Below are positions 48,625 through 60,800 of a stretch of DNA of 64,000 nucleotides, piece by piece. Within the stretch, counting starts at the first letter, position 1, and each line of letters starts with the position of its first letter. Origin of the DNA: a virus. Location: positions 19,780 through 83,779 of the IMG/VR virus record IMGVR_UViG_3300044961_000262; one strand, given 5' to 3'. The position numbers were made by a program, and so were the translations under genes. The notes under the pieces are model-generated. The model saw only the letters and a program-made list of their open reading frames with translations. It searched no databases and was not told the origin of the DNA.

Positions 48625-50553
48625 ATGCCGATAAATTTTGGACAAGCTGATTACTATTCACCTAAAATTGAAATAGTTGGAAAAGAAGTACCTTTAGCTG
48701 CACTTGAAAAAACAGGAGCCGTACTTCAAGATAGATATGATAAAAGCTATGAAAATGAAACTAAAACTCAAGCTTTAATTAAAAAATTAAAAATGTCAGC
48801 AGATGAAAAAGATAAAGAATTAGCTGAACAAATCGGAAAGGTTTACGAACAAAGACTTAAAGAAAGATCCGAAAAAGGAGATTTTCATAATATGAGATGG
48901 CAAACTCAACAAGATGCTATAGAATTTGCTGATATTTACACGGGATTATCTGAAAGAGCCAAAAAAATGCAACAATATCGTGATGCGATTAAAACATACA
49001 AAGGAATTAACGACCCTAATAGAAGAGAATACGAATTAAAAAAGTGGTCAGAATCTCAATCTTCTTCTCAATTTGATCCGGAAAACAGAATGTTAACGGG
49101 TTTAGCTGTAACTGCACCTCAACTTATAGATGATGTTAATATGGCTAAATGGGCAGATACTTACGGTAAAGGGTTTGAATCAGATGTTGTAGCTTCTTCT
49201 AATGGACAATTTGTTAAAATTGAAGCCGGTCAAAAAATACCGGCTAATGGACAAATAGCTCCTATTTCTGGATTTTATGATACTAAAACGGGAAGAAAAG
49301 TTGAAAAAGTAGATGAAGCTCAAATAAAATCTTCATTAAATAAATTTTTATCTGCTGATCCTGAAGTGCAATCTTATAAAAATGCTTTAATGGATTATTA
49401 TGTTAATGGGCTAAAAATGAATCCTGAAGAAGCTAAGTTTAAAATAGAATCTGATATTACAAATTCAGCTGTACAAGCCGCCATGACTAAATACGGCTTT
49501 GTAAAAGATATGAAAGAATCAGACGTTACTTTAAATTCAGGAGCTACATTTAATTCTGGGAGTGGATCTGAAGGAAAATATACACCGGTAACTTTAAATA
49601 ATCCTTTACAGGAAGAAGGTAAAAGAGAATATTCAACAGATTTAATTAATTCTTTTGCTGGAGATGTAAAAGCTATTTATAATACTCGTAATATTTTATC
49701 AAATTTAATTTCTCAAGCGGAAAATTCAGGAGATATTAAAAAAGCTGCTAAATATACTAAATATTTAAACGATATTATAACTATACAAAATATTACAGAA
49801 AAATATCCGGAATTAAGACAATATATGGTTCCAAATAGATTAGATAATACAGGTATTATTTCTTTAAAAACCATTGTAAAAGATGGAAAACTTAATATAG
49901 CACCTGAAGATAAACTTGCTATTTCTAAAATATCAACTGATGTAGGTACTGCGGGTAAAACAACTGGTGAAATGAATACTTGGTTTGATAGAGAAGCAGA
50001 TGATGATTATGAAAATTATAATCAGTCTGGATTTCGCAATATAAGTATGATGCAACCAGATTTATTAGATGATCAAACTAGAAATAAAATTGAAAAATTA
50101 TCTAAAGGATTGACTATAGATAATTTTAATATTCCTGAAAAAACTAAAAATTCTTGGGGAGATAATAAAAGTTTAGAAATTGTATCTTGGTCAACAGAAC
50201 CTATGGGAAATGGAGTAGGGATATTATTCGGTATAAAAAATCCAAAAACCGGAGAAATTGTATATACTACACCTAAAAATAGAAGAAAAGACGGATTAAT
50301 TCAACAAATTTCAAAACATTTATATACTCCTGCTGACGCATACGATCAAATGAGTAATTTACCTAGTCCTACGAAAAAAACAAAAGTAGATTCTTTATTA
50401 AAAACAGCGGAATTATCTGAAGACAACTTCAATATAGATGTTAATGATGAAGTAGAATTTGAAAACGGTAAATATTTTTTATCAAGTAATCCTCAAGAAA
50501 AATTCGATAGTATTTATCAATTATTTTATAAAAAGATAAATAGAAATGGCTAA
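48625..50553 (+). CDS. virion cargo protein 2
   Basis: 642-aa helical protein; VPLxxLxxxGxxLQxRYD start; position before the RNAP block. Confidence 0.6.
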   Translation: MPINFGQADYYSPKIEIVGKEVPLAALEKTGAVLQDRYDKSYENETKTQALIKKLKMSADEKDKELAEQIGKVYEQRLKERSEKGDFHNMRWQTQQDAIEFADIYTGLSERAKKMQQYRDAIKTYKGINDPNRREYELKKWSESQSSSQFDPENRMLTGLAVTAPQLIDDVNMAKWADTYGKGFESDVVASSNGQFVKIEAGQKIPANGQIAPISGFYDTKTGRKVEKVDEAQIKSSLNKFLSADPEVQSYKNALMDYYVNGLKMNPEEAKFKIESDITNSAVQAAMTKYGFVKDMKESDVTLNSGATFNSGSGSEGKYTPVTLNNPLQEEGKREYSTDLINSFAGDVKAIYNTRNILSNLISQAENSGDIKKAAKYTKYLNDIITIQNITEKYPELRQYMVPNRLDNTGIISLKTIVKDGKLNIAPEDKLAISKISTDVGTAGKTTGEMNTWFDREADDDYENYNQSGFRNISMMQPDLLDDQTRNKIEKLSKGLTIDNFNIPEKTKNSWGDNKSLEIVSWSTEPMGNGVGILFGIKNPKTGEIVYTTPKNRRKDGLIQQISKHLYTPADAYDQMSNLPSPTKKTKVDSLLKTAELSEDNFNIDVNDEVEFENGKYFLSSNPQEKFDSIYQLFYKKINRNG

Positions 50554-53500
50554 AAAATATAATCCTTTTAACAGTAAAGTTATAGATCCTGTTACTTCTA
50601 CAACATATTCGGGTATAGATTTAAATAAATATACTAAGTATCTTGCTTCAGAAGAAAATAGATATATTGAGGGAGATGTAGATTTAGAAAGATGGAACGA
50701 TGATAGAGCTAAAGCTCAAAACGGATTTGCTAAATTTGGAAATTCAGTTGGGCAAATGATTGGTACTTTCGGTACGGCATTAGCTTCAACTGTAACAGCT
50801 TTAGGATCGGGAGTAGTAGCTTTAGGAGCTGAAGCTGTTGACGCATCTTTATTAGAAGGAGATCAAGTAGATGGAATGGATATTTTTCTTAATAATCCTA
50901 TTATGAAAGGTATTAATGATTTTGATAAGTTTCTTAAAGAAGATATACTTCCAACTTATTACACTAAAGAACAACAAGAAAGTTTATTTTCAGCAAGTAC
51001 CGGTACAGATTTATTAAATGGTATTGGATTTTTAGCTTCAAATATATTACCTAACGCTGCTGTAGGTAAACTTTTTGGTTCTTGGGCTAAAGTTGTAGCA
51101 TTAAATAATGTTGGAAAATTAACTCCCGCATTAGAAGCTTTAGTTCAAGCAGGAAAATTAACTACTCAAGAATTAGCTATTATTTCTAAAACTGCCGGTA
51201 GAATATCTAAAGCTGGACCTATGGTAGGAGCAGTTGTTGGAAGATTAGGAGAAAGTGCAATTGAAAGTTATGATACTTATGAATCAACTAAAGAATTGTT
51301 AACTGCTGAAAGAGATAAAGCTAAATATGAATTAGATACTTACGGAATAACTGATAATCCTAAATTAGCTGAATTAACTGACACAGATATTGAACAAAAA
51401 GCTAAAGATGCCAGAGGAAATGTATTTAGAGGTAATATGATTTTAGCTGCATCCGATTTAGCGCAGTTTACTCGTTGGTTTAAAGGTCCGGGAATAGGAG
51501 AAAAACTTATAAAACAAGGAGTTAAAACTATAGCTAAAGAAGTCGGTAAAAAAGATTTAATTAAAGGTTTATTACTAGAATCAGGTCAAGAAGCAGCTGA
51601 AGAAGGATTTCAATTCTTATTACAAAAAGGAGCAGAAAAACAAGCTCGTACAGGTCAATCATTTTATTCAGGAATTGAAGAATCAACTAATGAGTTATTT
51701 ACTACAGTTGAAGGTCAAAAATCAATGTTACTTGGTGCAATACTTGGCGGTGGAATGGGAAGTTTAATGAAATTTAAAGATAGAGCACAATTAAAATTAG
51801 ATATTGAAAAAGCAATGAATCAATATACTTCTTTAGGTGATACTAAAGAAAGATATATAAAAGATGAAAACGGTAAATATATACTTAATCCTGAGTTAAG
51901 TAAAGTCGCTAATGACTTTATGAAATATGAAGAGATTAAGAAAAAAGCTCTTGAAAACGGTAATTTAAGTGAATATGAATTAGCTGAAAAAATGCAGTTT
52001 GGTTCACTTGTATTAGCTAAAAAAAGTTTTGGAGATTATGACGCGTTTATTGATGAATTACAATCAATGGGCAAAATGTCTAAAGAAGAAGCTAAAGCTT
52101 ATTTTGGAGAACTTCCTATGAAAAACGGAAGAGAAATGACTCCTCAAGAAATTATTTCTGAAAAAATTAAATTTGCTGAACGTATAAAAAATATGGCTGA
52201 AGGATTAGATAGAATTGAATCTATTAATCCTCTTTTACCTAAACAAAAAAACTATGTTGTTTCTGAAATAATTAATCAAGAATCTTTACGTGATCAAATT
52301 ATAGAAAATAGAGACAAAATATCAAATATTCAATCTCAAACTGTTTTAAACCCTATAACTAATGAAAACGAATTAACTGAATCTCAACAGCTTGAAATTA
52401 AAAAATTAGAATCAACCAACACACTTTTAGAACAAATATTTAAAGAAAAAAGTAAAAAAGTTACTGAATTAATTAGTAAACCTTCTAAAATTGAAAAAGA
52501 AGTTGAAAAACAAGAAGATGAAAAAATAGAAGAAATATTAGATGAAGCTGAACAAGAAATATTAAATAATCAAGAAAAACTATCTAATATTATTAATAAT
52601 CAAGAACCTATAATTATACAAACTCCTGAAGGCCCTAAAGAAACTGTAATTACAGGATTTGATGAAGAAACAGGTAATCCAGTAGATGAAGAAGGAAATG
52701 TACTTACTCCTGAACAAGTTATTGAAGGAAGTAAATTAATTGAAGAATCTGAACAACCTGAAGTTCAAGACGAAATTCCTGAAGATTATAGTGAAAATTC
52801 AGAAGTAAGGGAAGGTTTACAAAAACCTTCTGTTATGAGTACTTCAACAAGAGGTCATTTATATAACGAACAAGGTTATAAATTTACAGAAGTTACCGGT
52901 TCACCTACAGGTGAAGTAAAATTCGCTTTAGATTTATCTCAATCTCATATAATAGTTGAAATGAGTAAACCTGAAAATACTCCCTCTGATACAAAAAAAT
53001 ATCACGTTGAAGTAATTATTCGCGAACTTAACGATGAACAAAAAATAGCACTTTTAAATGATATAAATAAAGCTAGAAAAGCTAGAGGTTACGGAAAACA
53101 ATTACAGCTTTCTGATTTAGAATTAAATGAACATTTGCCTTTAGATGTTATTATATATCAAAATGGAAAAAGATTTTCAAATGATAGAATGTCATTTCAT
53201 GATGTAGATTATGTTGAAAAAACATCTGAATATCAAAGAATTCAAAATAGTGATAAATTATCAGAAGAAGAAAAAAAAGTTAAACTTCAAGAATTAAAAG
53301 ATGAATTTTTAAAACAAAGAACTAAAATCATTAATGCTTTAAAAGAAGGTAAAAAAGTTACAATTCCTATAATATCTAAATCAACCGGTGTTGTAAATTA
53401 TAATCCTCTTGTTAAAGGTAAAAAACAAGTTAATCCTTTAATTGGCGGTAAAGGAATAGGTGTATTTAATCATTTTAGACCATCAGGTAAAGCTAAAGGT

Positions 53501-54796
53501 TTAGGTGTAGTTACGGAAATAACTGATGAAACGTTTATTGTTGAATTTGCAGATAATACTAAAGTAGAATTTTCAAAATATGATACTTGGGTAGATCCAG
53601 TATTAGGTAAAACCTTTTTTCATACGATAGCTGCTAATGATACTCCTATTTTAATAGATGCAATTACATATTCTCCTTTTTCTGAAGAGCAAATTTCATC
53701 AATAGCTAATTTAGTTAGTCATAGATTATTTAACGGTAATTCTATATATAAAGGTAAAAATAGATTTGAAATAGTTAATTCTAATAAAACAGGAATTTTA
53801 AATCAAATTTTATATTTGGGTAATAATAAAAATGCTCCTGAAAAAAGTATTTATTTTACTAAAGCTGGTAATTTAAGAGTGGGAAGAAATGAATTCACTT
53901 CAGAATCTAATCCTGAAGAAGTTAAACAAGCTGTCGAAATATTTATTGAAACTTATAAAAAATATAGTAAAGTTCCTATCGGTTCTTTAGATACTCAATT
54001 TATATTACCTTCAGAAATATCTGAAGAAGGAGAAATATTGAGTGATGAAAAAATACAACCTGTTTGGAAATTTTTATTTGAAGGAAATACACCTCTTGTA
54101 GGTTCAAATGTTAATTCTGATATTAATTTTATTAATAGTTATTTTACATACGGTAATGTTCAAATTGAACAAAGTCAACCTGAACAATATGCTTCAGAAT
54201 TATCAAACGAAAAGAAAGAAAGTTCTGTAACTGAACCTATTAAAACAGAAGTAAATGAAATACAAACTGAAGAATCTAAAGAAAAAGATAGAACATTAAA
54301 CGGTAGACTTGAATATAGTTATCCTGAAACAATTGGAGGAATTTCTTCACAGACAATGTTAAAATTCATTGAGAAAAAATTTAAATATAAAGATAGTGTT
54401 GATGAAGAAATTACTGAATTAAATAAAGGAGATAATAAAGTTTATGATATTTTATCTCAATATTTTGATATTACGACAAAAGAAGAATTAAATTTTATAA
54501 CTGAAAATTTTTCAGAAAAACAAGCTCGAGATTTTATAGATTATTATACTAATAATACTGATTTTTTAGGAGAAGAATATAACCCAAATTTTTCAATAAG
54601 TACTTTATTTAAAGATTTATTGCAGTATCATGAAAAAATAGAAGATAAAGCTCAAACAAAAATTGAATTTCCTGAAACAAATGTTGATTCAATATTGGAG
54701 CAAAAAACTCAAGATTGTAGTAAAGAGAATACAGATAAACCTATTACTCAAGGTAATAACAAAAAAATATTTAATGTAAAGAACTTTAAAAAATAA
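50546..54796 (+). CDS. large virion cargo protein 3
   Basis: 1416 aa; RAxAQ, ESAIES, QEAAEEGFQ, GAILGG motifs of podophage internal proteins. Confidence 0.65.
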   Translation: MAKKYNPFNSKVIDPVTSTTYSGIDLNKYTKYLASEENRYIEGDVDLERWNDDRAKAQNGFAKFGNSVGQMIGTFGTALASTVTALGSGVVALGAEAVDASLLEGDQVDGMDIFLNNPIMKGINDFDKFLKEDILPTYYTKEQQESLFSASTGTDLLNGIGFLASNILPNAAVGKLFGSWAKVVALNNVGKLTPALEALVQAGKLTTQELAIISKTAGRISKAGPMVGAVVGRLGESAIESYDTYESTKELLTAERDKAKYELDTYGITDNPKLAELTDTDIEQKAKDARGNVFRGNMILAASDLAQFTRWFKGPGIGEKLIKQGVKTIAKEVGKKDLIKGLLLESGQEAAEEGFQFLLQKGAEKQARTGQSFYSGIEESTNELFTTVEGQKSMLLGAILGGGMGSLMKFKDRAQLKLDIEKAMNQYTSLGDTKERYIKDENGKYILNPELSKVANDFMKYEEIKKKALENGNLSEYELAEKMQFGSLVLAKKSFGDYDAFIDELQSMGKMSKEEAKAYFGELPMKNGREMTPQEIISEKIKFAERIKNMAEGLDRIESINPLLPKQKNYVVSEIINQESLRDQIIENRDKISNIQSQTVLNPITNENELTESQQLEIKKLESTNTLLEQIFKEKSKKVTELISKPSKIEKEVEKQEDEKIEEILDEAEQEILNNQEKLSNIINNQEPIIIQTPEGPKETVITGFDEETGNPVDEEGNVLTPEQVIEGSKLIEESEQPEVQDEIPEDYSENSEVREGLQKPSVMSTSTRGHLYNEQGYKFTEVTGSPTGEVKFALDLSQSHIIVEMSKPENTPSDTKKYHVEVIIRELNDEQKIALLNDINKARKARGYGKQLQLSDLELNEHLPLDVIIYQNGKRFSNDRMSFHDVDYVEKTSEYQRIQNSDKLSEEEKKVKLQELKDEFLKQRTKIINALKEGKKVTIPIISKSTGVVNYNPLVKGKKQVNPLIGGKGIGVFNHFRPSGKAKGLGVVTEITDETFIVEFADNTKVEFSKYDTWVDPVLGKTFFHTIAANDTPILIDAITYSPFSEEQISSIANLVSHRLFNGNSIYKGKNRFEIVNSNKTGILNQILYLGNNKNAPEKSIYFTKAGNLRVGRNEFTSESNPEEVKQAVEIFIETYKKYSKVPIGSLDTQFILPSEISEEGEILSDEKIQPVWKFLFEGNTPLVGSNVNSDINFINSYFTYGNVQIEQSQPEQYASELSNEKKESSVTEPIKTEVNEIQTEESKEKDRTLNGRLEYSYPETIGGISSQTMLKFIEKKFKYKDSVDEEITELNKGDNKVYDILSQYFDITTKEELNFITENFSEKQARDFIDYYTNNTDFLGEEYNPNFSISTLFKDLLQYHEKIEDKAQTKIEFPETNVDSILEQKTQDCSKENTDKPITQGNNKKIFNVKNFKK

Positions 54797-54799
54797 TTC

Positions 54800-54815
54800 T
54801 ATATTTGTAAAGTAT
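54800..54815 (+). promoter_or_regulatory. TAnnTTTG promoter, second copy of the 16-nt motif
   Basis: TATATTTGTAAAGTAT running into the RNAP ATG. Confidence 0.65.
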
Positions 54816-57800
54816 GTTCAAATGTATTAATTTTAGTCTTCCGACTACAAAAGCTATTGCTGAAAAAATTGCAATAGACTTAAATGAAATGATTACTCCT
54901 CGTCAAGTAGCTTTAATTTGGGATATATGGTTAAATGAAGACTTTGAAAATAGAAAATCAATAGAACCTACATCAAAAGATATTCTTGAAATATATGCTA
55001 ATTTTGCAGTATCATCTAAACAAGAAGTATTAAATTCTGAAAAAATTAAAGATCAAGAAAAAGTAGTAGATTTTTTACAATCTTTATTTTTTACATTATT
55101 AGAACAAGAAGTAGGTTCTCCTTTAATTACTAGAGAAGATATTATTAAACATAAAACTGAACTTTTAAAAGCTTTTCCTAAAAATCTTAGAGAACAAGGT
55201 TTTCCTTTTATAGCTGATAATTTTGAACATTATAGAAGTTATCTTGAATCTCAAAGACTTAGTAAATTTTCAATGCCGGAAACAAGTATTGAAGATATGG
55301 AATTTAAAGAAAAAGATCAAGTTTCTTCTCAAAGTAGCTCTTTTTACGACAATAAACATAAAGCTTCGGATGAAGCTGTATATTTAATAGCTTCATTAAC
55401 TTCAGATGAAGAAATTTACGGTTTACCGAAACCTCTTAATTTTTCTGAAACATGGAATATTATTCAAAATTTATTAGCTGATAGCTTAGATTTTGAAGAT
55501 CAAATTAATATTCTTGAAGAAAATAGAAATACATATCCTTTTATTAATCAATTACTTAATAAATTAGGAATTTCTGACGGAATTCAAATAGATTCTGAAA
55601 GACATATTCGTGTAGGTCAATCTTTTAGTGAAGCTTTTTTAAAACAATTTTCCGATATTAGTATAGCAACTACTTCAGGTAAAGATAGTTATTCATCAAT
55701 TGATGGTCAAACTGAAAATTCATTAAAAGAAAAATTTAAAAATAAATTCTTTTCAAGTAAAAATGTTGTTAAAATAAATGGTTCTTTAGTTACTAATATA
55801 GATGCTTATCGTAAATTAGAACTTAAAGGATTTAGTGAAGCGGAATTAAAAACGTTTTTAGAATTTTTTGGAATACCTTCAGATATAGAATTTAATGATG
55901 ATATAAAAGCTGATTTACGTCAAATTAAAAAACAAGTGGATGGAGCTAAATCTATGATTTGGTTAGACGATAATGATTTAGATATTAAAGGAAGATTATC
56001 TTCTATTATTAAGTTATTTGTACCTCAAGAGCAAGCAAATAAAAATTTATCTACTTTAAATGCTGAAGGTAAACAGCAATACGCTATTCATAATGCTAAT
56101 TATTTTAGTAGATTTGTAACTAAGCTTAAAAAAGGTAGAATAGAAGCTAAAAATTATTTTGATAAAGTTTTCAGTTTAGGTATAGCTAAAAAAGAAATTA
56201 TTTCAGGATTACAAGATGATAAAAAAATAAATACATCTGTATTTTCAGATTTATCTTTAACTGATATTGCTCATACTGTTATTACTAATATGTTTAGTAA
56301 TAACCCTATTATTCATATTCCGAGAGTTTCTGACAAATCTCAAGAGAAAGGATTTAAACTAGAAACTGAAGGAAACAATGATGACTTTATGGCATTTACT
56401 AAAATATCAAATGTCGTTTTAAAAAATTTATATAATCTTTATAATCAAGATATAAATGAAACATTACATCCTGATTGGATATATTATAATAAAGAGATAA
56501 ATACTCCTGAAGCTTTTTGGAAAGAAATAGGTATTGAAAGAGGAGTAACTTTTGAACAATTTAAATCTAAAATACTTGAATTTGTAAATTCTCAAAAAGA
56601 AGAAACCAAAAAGATGTTAGAAGATTTAGGTGTAATATATCAACCTTTAGACAAATACGGTGAACCTTTAAATATATGGAAAATCAATTTTAGTAATGCT
56701 GCCGTTAATAAAATACTCAATAAAAATTGGGAAAATGCAAATTTTTCAGAAAGAGATGCTGCTTTAAACACTCTTATAAATAATTTTACATTTAATATGT
56801 TTTATTGGTCAGTAGGTTATACTAAATCTATATATGGATCATTAGTTATGACAAAACCTTCTAACATGTTTAAACGATTTTCCGCAGCTGTAGCAGAAGG
56901 ACGTCAGGTTTCTTTATCTCCAAATTTAAATCAAGAAATTGCTAGAGATTATAAAAAACATGGATTACTTAATCATATTCCTACTCAATTAAAAGTCTAT
57001 ATTCATTCAGAAACAATTAGTGCTAGTACAACTAAAGATTTAAATAAAATATCAGAAAGTTATGACAAAAATAACGTAGATGATGCTCAAGGAATAATTT
57101 TATTTCCTGTATATAGAACATTATTGAAAGGAGTTAATCAATGGACAGATAATCAAGAAGAAGCTTATCAGAAATTAATGAAAGGAGAAAAAATAAATAA
57201 AAACGTATTTCCTCCTTTAAAACCTGTAGGATATTCTTTAGTAAATATTGATGGTAAAAAAGTACCGGTATTTATTAAAACAAGTATTTATCCAATTTCT
57301 CCTGCCGATACTTTAGGTACTTATAATGGTTTAAAATATGAATACGCTATTGAAAACGGAGTATCTCTTTTTATTCCTACATCTGGTATTAAAATAGCTA
57401 TTCCAAAAGGAACTTCACCTGTTATTTCCGATGGAGTTGTTTCAAATAATCCAACTGTAGATTTTCCAATTGAAGATTTTAGAATACAATTAGATTTAAA
57501 TGTTAAAACTTCTGAAGACTTACTTCAAGGAACTCAACAAAGAAAATTAATATTTGCTAATGCTTTTTCTGGAGGAAAAGCTGTCGATTCTAAATATGAA
57601 GAAATTAAAAATAAATATATTGATACTTTAGAAAAATTAGCTTCAATAGAAGAAAAAAAATTATTTGAAAGATTAGGTGTTGAAAATACCAAAGATGGAG
57701 TTATAATTAATAACCTTTCTCTATTGAAAGATATGTTGAGATCTGATATGATTTCAAACGAAATGTCAATGAATGTTGTAAATTCAATTAATGAAGTTAT

Positions 57801-60800
57801 TAATAGTGAAGGTCAATTAGTAGGTAAAATAGATACTTTACCTGAAAGACAAAAAATAATGAATTTACTTAATTCTTTTATTACCAATAATCTCATTAGA
57901 TTATATATTAACGGAACAAGTTTAGTTCAAGCTTCAAATCAAGGATGGGAAATAACTACTCCCGATGGACCAACTTCTATTGATTTTATATCTAAAGAAC
58001 ATCAGAAAAAATATTATGAAAATAAAGGTTTAAAATTCTTTGAACTTGGAGATAAAACCGGTGCTGCTGAAGTTCTTTTACCAGCTAAATATAAAAAATT
58101 TGTAAAAAAGAATGAAGAGGGAGATTATATTATTGATGATGAAAAAGTTCTCATTAATATAGGTTATCGTATTCCTACTCAAGGACATAATTCAATTTTA
58201 CATTTAAGAGTTGTTGGATTTATTCCCGCTCACTTAGATCAATTAATAATTGTACCTAAAGAAATTACTACTCAAGGAGGTTCCGATTTTGACGTAGATA
58301 AATTAAATTTATTTATACCTAATACTATCAATTTAGACGGTAAAATTCAGTATATATCTGAAGATATGAATGGTTCAGAGATATATGATAAGAAAAAAGA
58401 AAAAATAGAAGCTTTCATAAAATATTTAGAAAATGGCATTGAAAGAGCTAAGTTAGAAATGGAACAGTCTTTAGGTCAAGATGAAGCTGTTGATAAATTA
58501 ATGGAAGCTATATTTGGAAGTAAAGCTTCGGATGTTAATTTAACTAAACAGGACATTGAAGAAATATTAGAGTTTGCTGGGTATAGAAAAAACGAACTAG
58601 ATATTCAAATTAAAAAATTATTAAAATTAGGAGAAAAAGATAAATTTATTGAAAATTTTAAAATTAAACAGCTTGAAAACATACTAATTCAATCTACAGT
58701 AGATATTCTTTCAGATCCTTACTTTAGAAAATCATTACTTACTCCCAATTCCGCTAATCAATTAAGTTCAGCTGCTCAAGAAATGACTGATAATTTAATA
58801 AATGCCGGTTTAAAAACTAAAAAGCCGGTATTAAGTTTCGGAAATATATTTAAAGCTAATACTTTAATTAATACAATTTATCAAATGTTTGCTTCAAAAG
58901 CTTTAGTTGGAGTATTTGCTTCTCAATCTACTCACCATACTTTAGCTCAACAAGTAGGTTTACATTTCAAATCAGGAAGAAAATTCTTTTTTGAACATAA
59001 TAAATTAGAAAACGGAGATATGGATTTATCCGCCATTTATGATAAAGACGGTAATGAAATATCGGATGTTTTAGGTAATAATTTATTAACTGCTGCGGTT
59101 GATGCGGCAAAAGATGATTATCTTACTGAATTAGGTATTAATTTACAAACCGGAGATTTTGCAGCGGCTTTTAAAAGAGCTGGAGGTAAAAGTCAATATC
59201 TTTTTCATTGGTTAAGATTACCTATAATTCAAGATTATTTAGCTGAAGAAGCTAAAAATGAATCTATATTATACAAATCATCTAATAGAGTTGTAAGTAA
59301 ATCTAAATTAATAGATAAAGTTTTAAAAAAATATAATTTAAGTAAGGATTCTTCAGAATATGTTCAAACAAAGTATAAAAACAAAGCTAAAGGAAAAGAA
59401 TTAAATGAATTTAGAGAAAAAAGAGGAGAATATACTGTTGATGAATTAAAAAAACTTTTATTTTCAAATGAATCTAAACATCCTGAAATGTTAATGGATT
59501 TATTTGATGAATTTTTATTTTTTAAAGACGCAGCTATAATATTAAGAAAATCTATAGCTACTTCAAAATTTGATACAGCTGGACCCGGTAAAAATTTAGT
59601 AGAAGCTAAATCTTTACAATATTCATATAATAAATTTGTATCTGAAATGAAAAGAAATGACGAATATACATTAGGTACACTTTTAAATGGAGAAACTGCT
59701 CCATATGAAAGATTAATTAATGAAACTGTACTTAAAGTGTTTTTTCCAAATTCGTTTCCTTTGGTACTAAATTTATATAAACCATTAACTGTAATGGGGT
59801 TAAATAATAGTATTGAAAAATTACTTGATTCTTTTATTAATTCTGAATACGGCATTGTAAAGAAAATACCTGAATCTTTTACTTTAGATATAGTTTATTC
59901 AGCTATTACTAATTATATGGTTCAAAATTCAATAGGTTACGAAGAATCTTTGTTTTTTGGAGATAATACTTTAGGACATAGATTAAATGAAATACAAAAA
60001 GATGAAACCCATCCTTTATACTATAACGATTTTATTCAAAACTTTTTTAATATTGAATTAAGTCGTGATGCCGTTACTCCTACAATTTTATCTCCAATTA
60101 AAAAAAGATTATCTGCTGAAGATCAAAATCATTTTACTGGACAATTAGAAGAAATAAAAGAATACGATAATAAACTATATGAAGATATAATAAAAGTTTC
60201 TTTATTTCAAACAGGATTTCAACAATCACCCGTATCTTTTTATAATATTATTCCGGGTCACGATATGATTCCTTTAGTTAATAAAATGATATTAAATGCT
60301 ATAGATATTACTGATCAAAGAGCTGTTGAACCTATTATACAAAACATATCAAATAAATTAAATGAAATTAAATTTGTACAATTAAGCAATAAAGCTTTTG
60401 TTTTACCTAATGGTGAATTACAACTTACAGATGAGGATATTGAAAAAGTAAATAGATTATCTTATTTTAATAGTAAGTATGGAATATTTAAATTCAATGG
60501 AATGGGCTTTGTAAGAGTTGAAACTAAAAACCATAAATCTTTATTTTATAATTATACTAAAGAAGGAATTGAATTTGAAAATATGATAGATGATAAATTA
60601 GTATTTGAAAATGAAGAAAGTAATGAATTTTCTGAAACTGATTCTATTGATATTCAACCTGAAAATATATCTTCTAAAGATTCTGAATTTGATAAAAAAC
60701 TTAATCAATTAATTGAGGAAGTTGCTGATGAAGTTAAAAATAGCGATAATTCACTTACATTAACAGACATTCTTACTGAAAAACTAAAACAAAATCCTGA

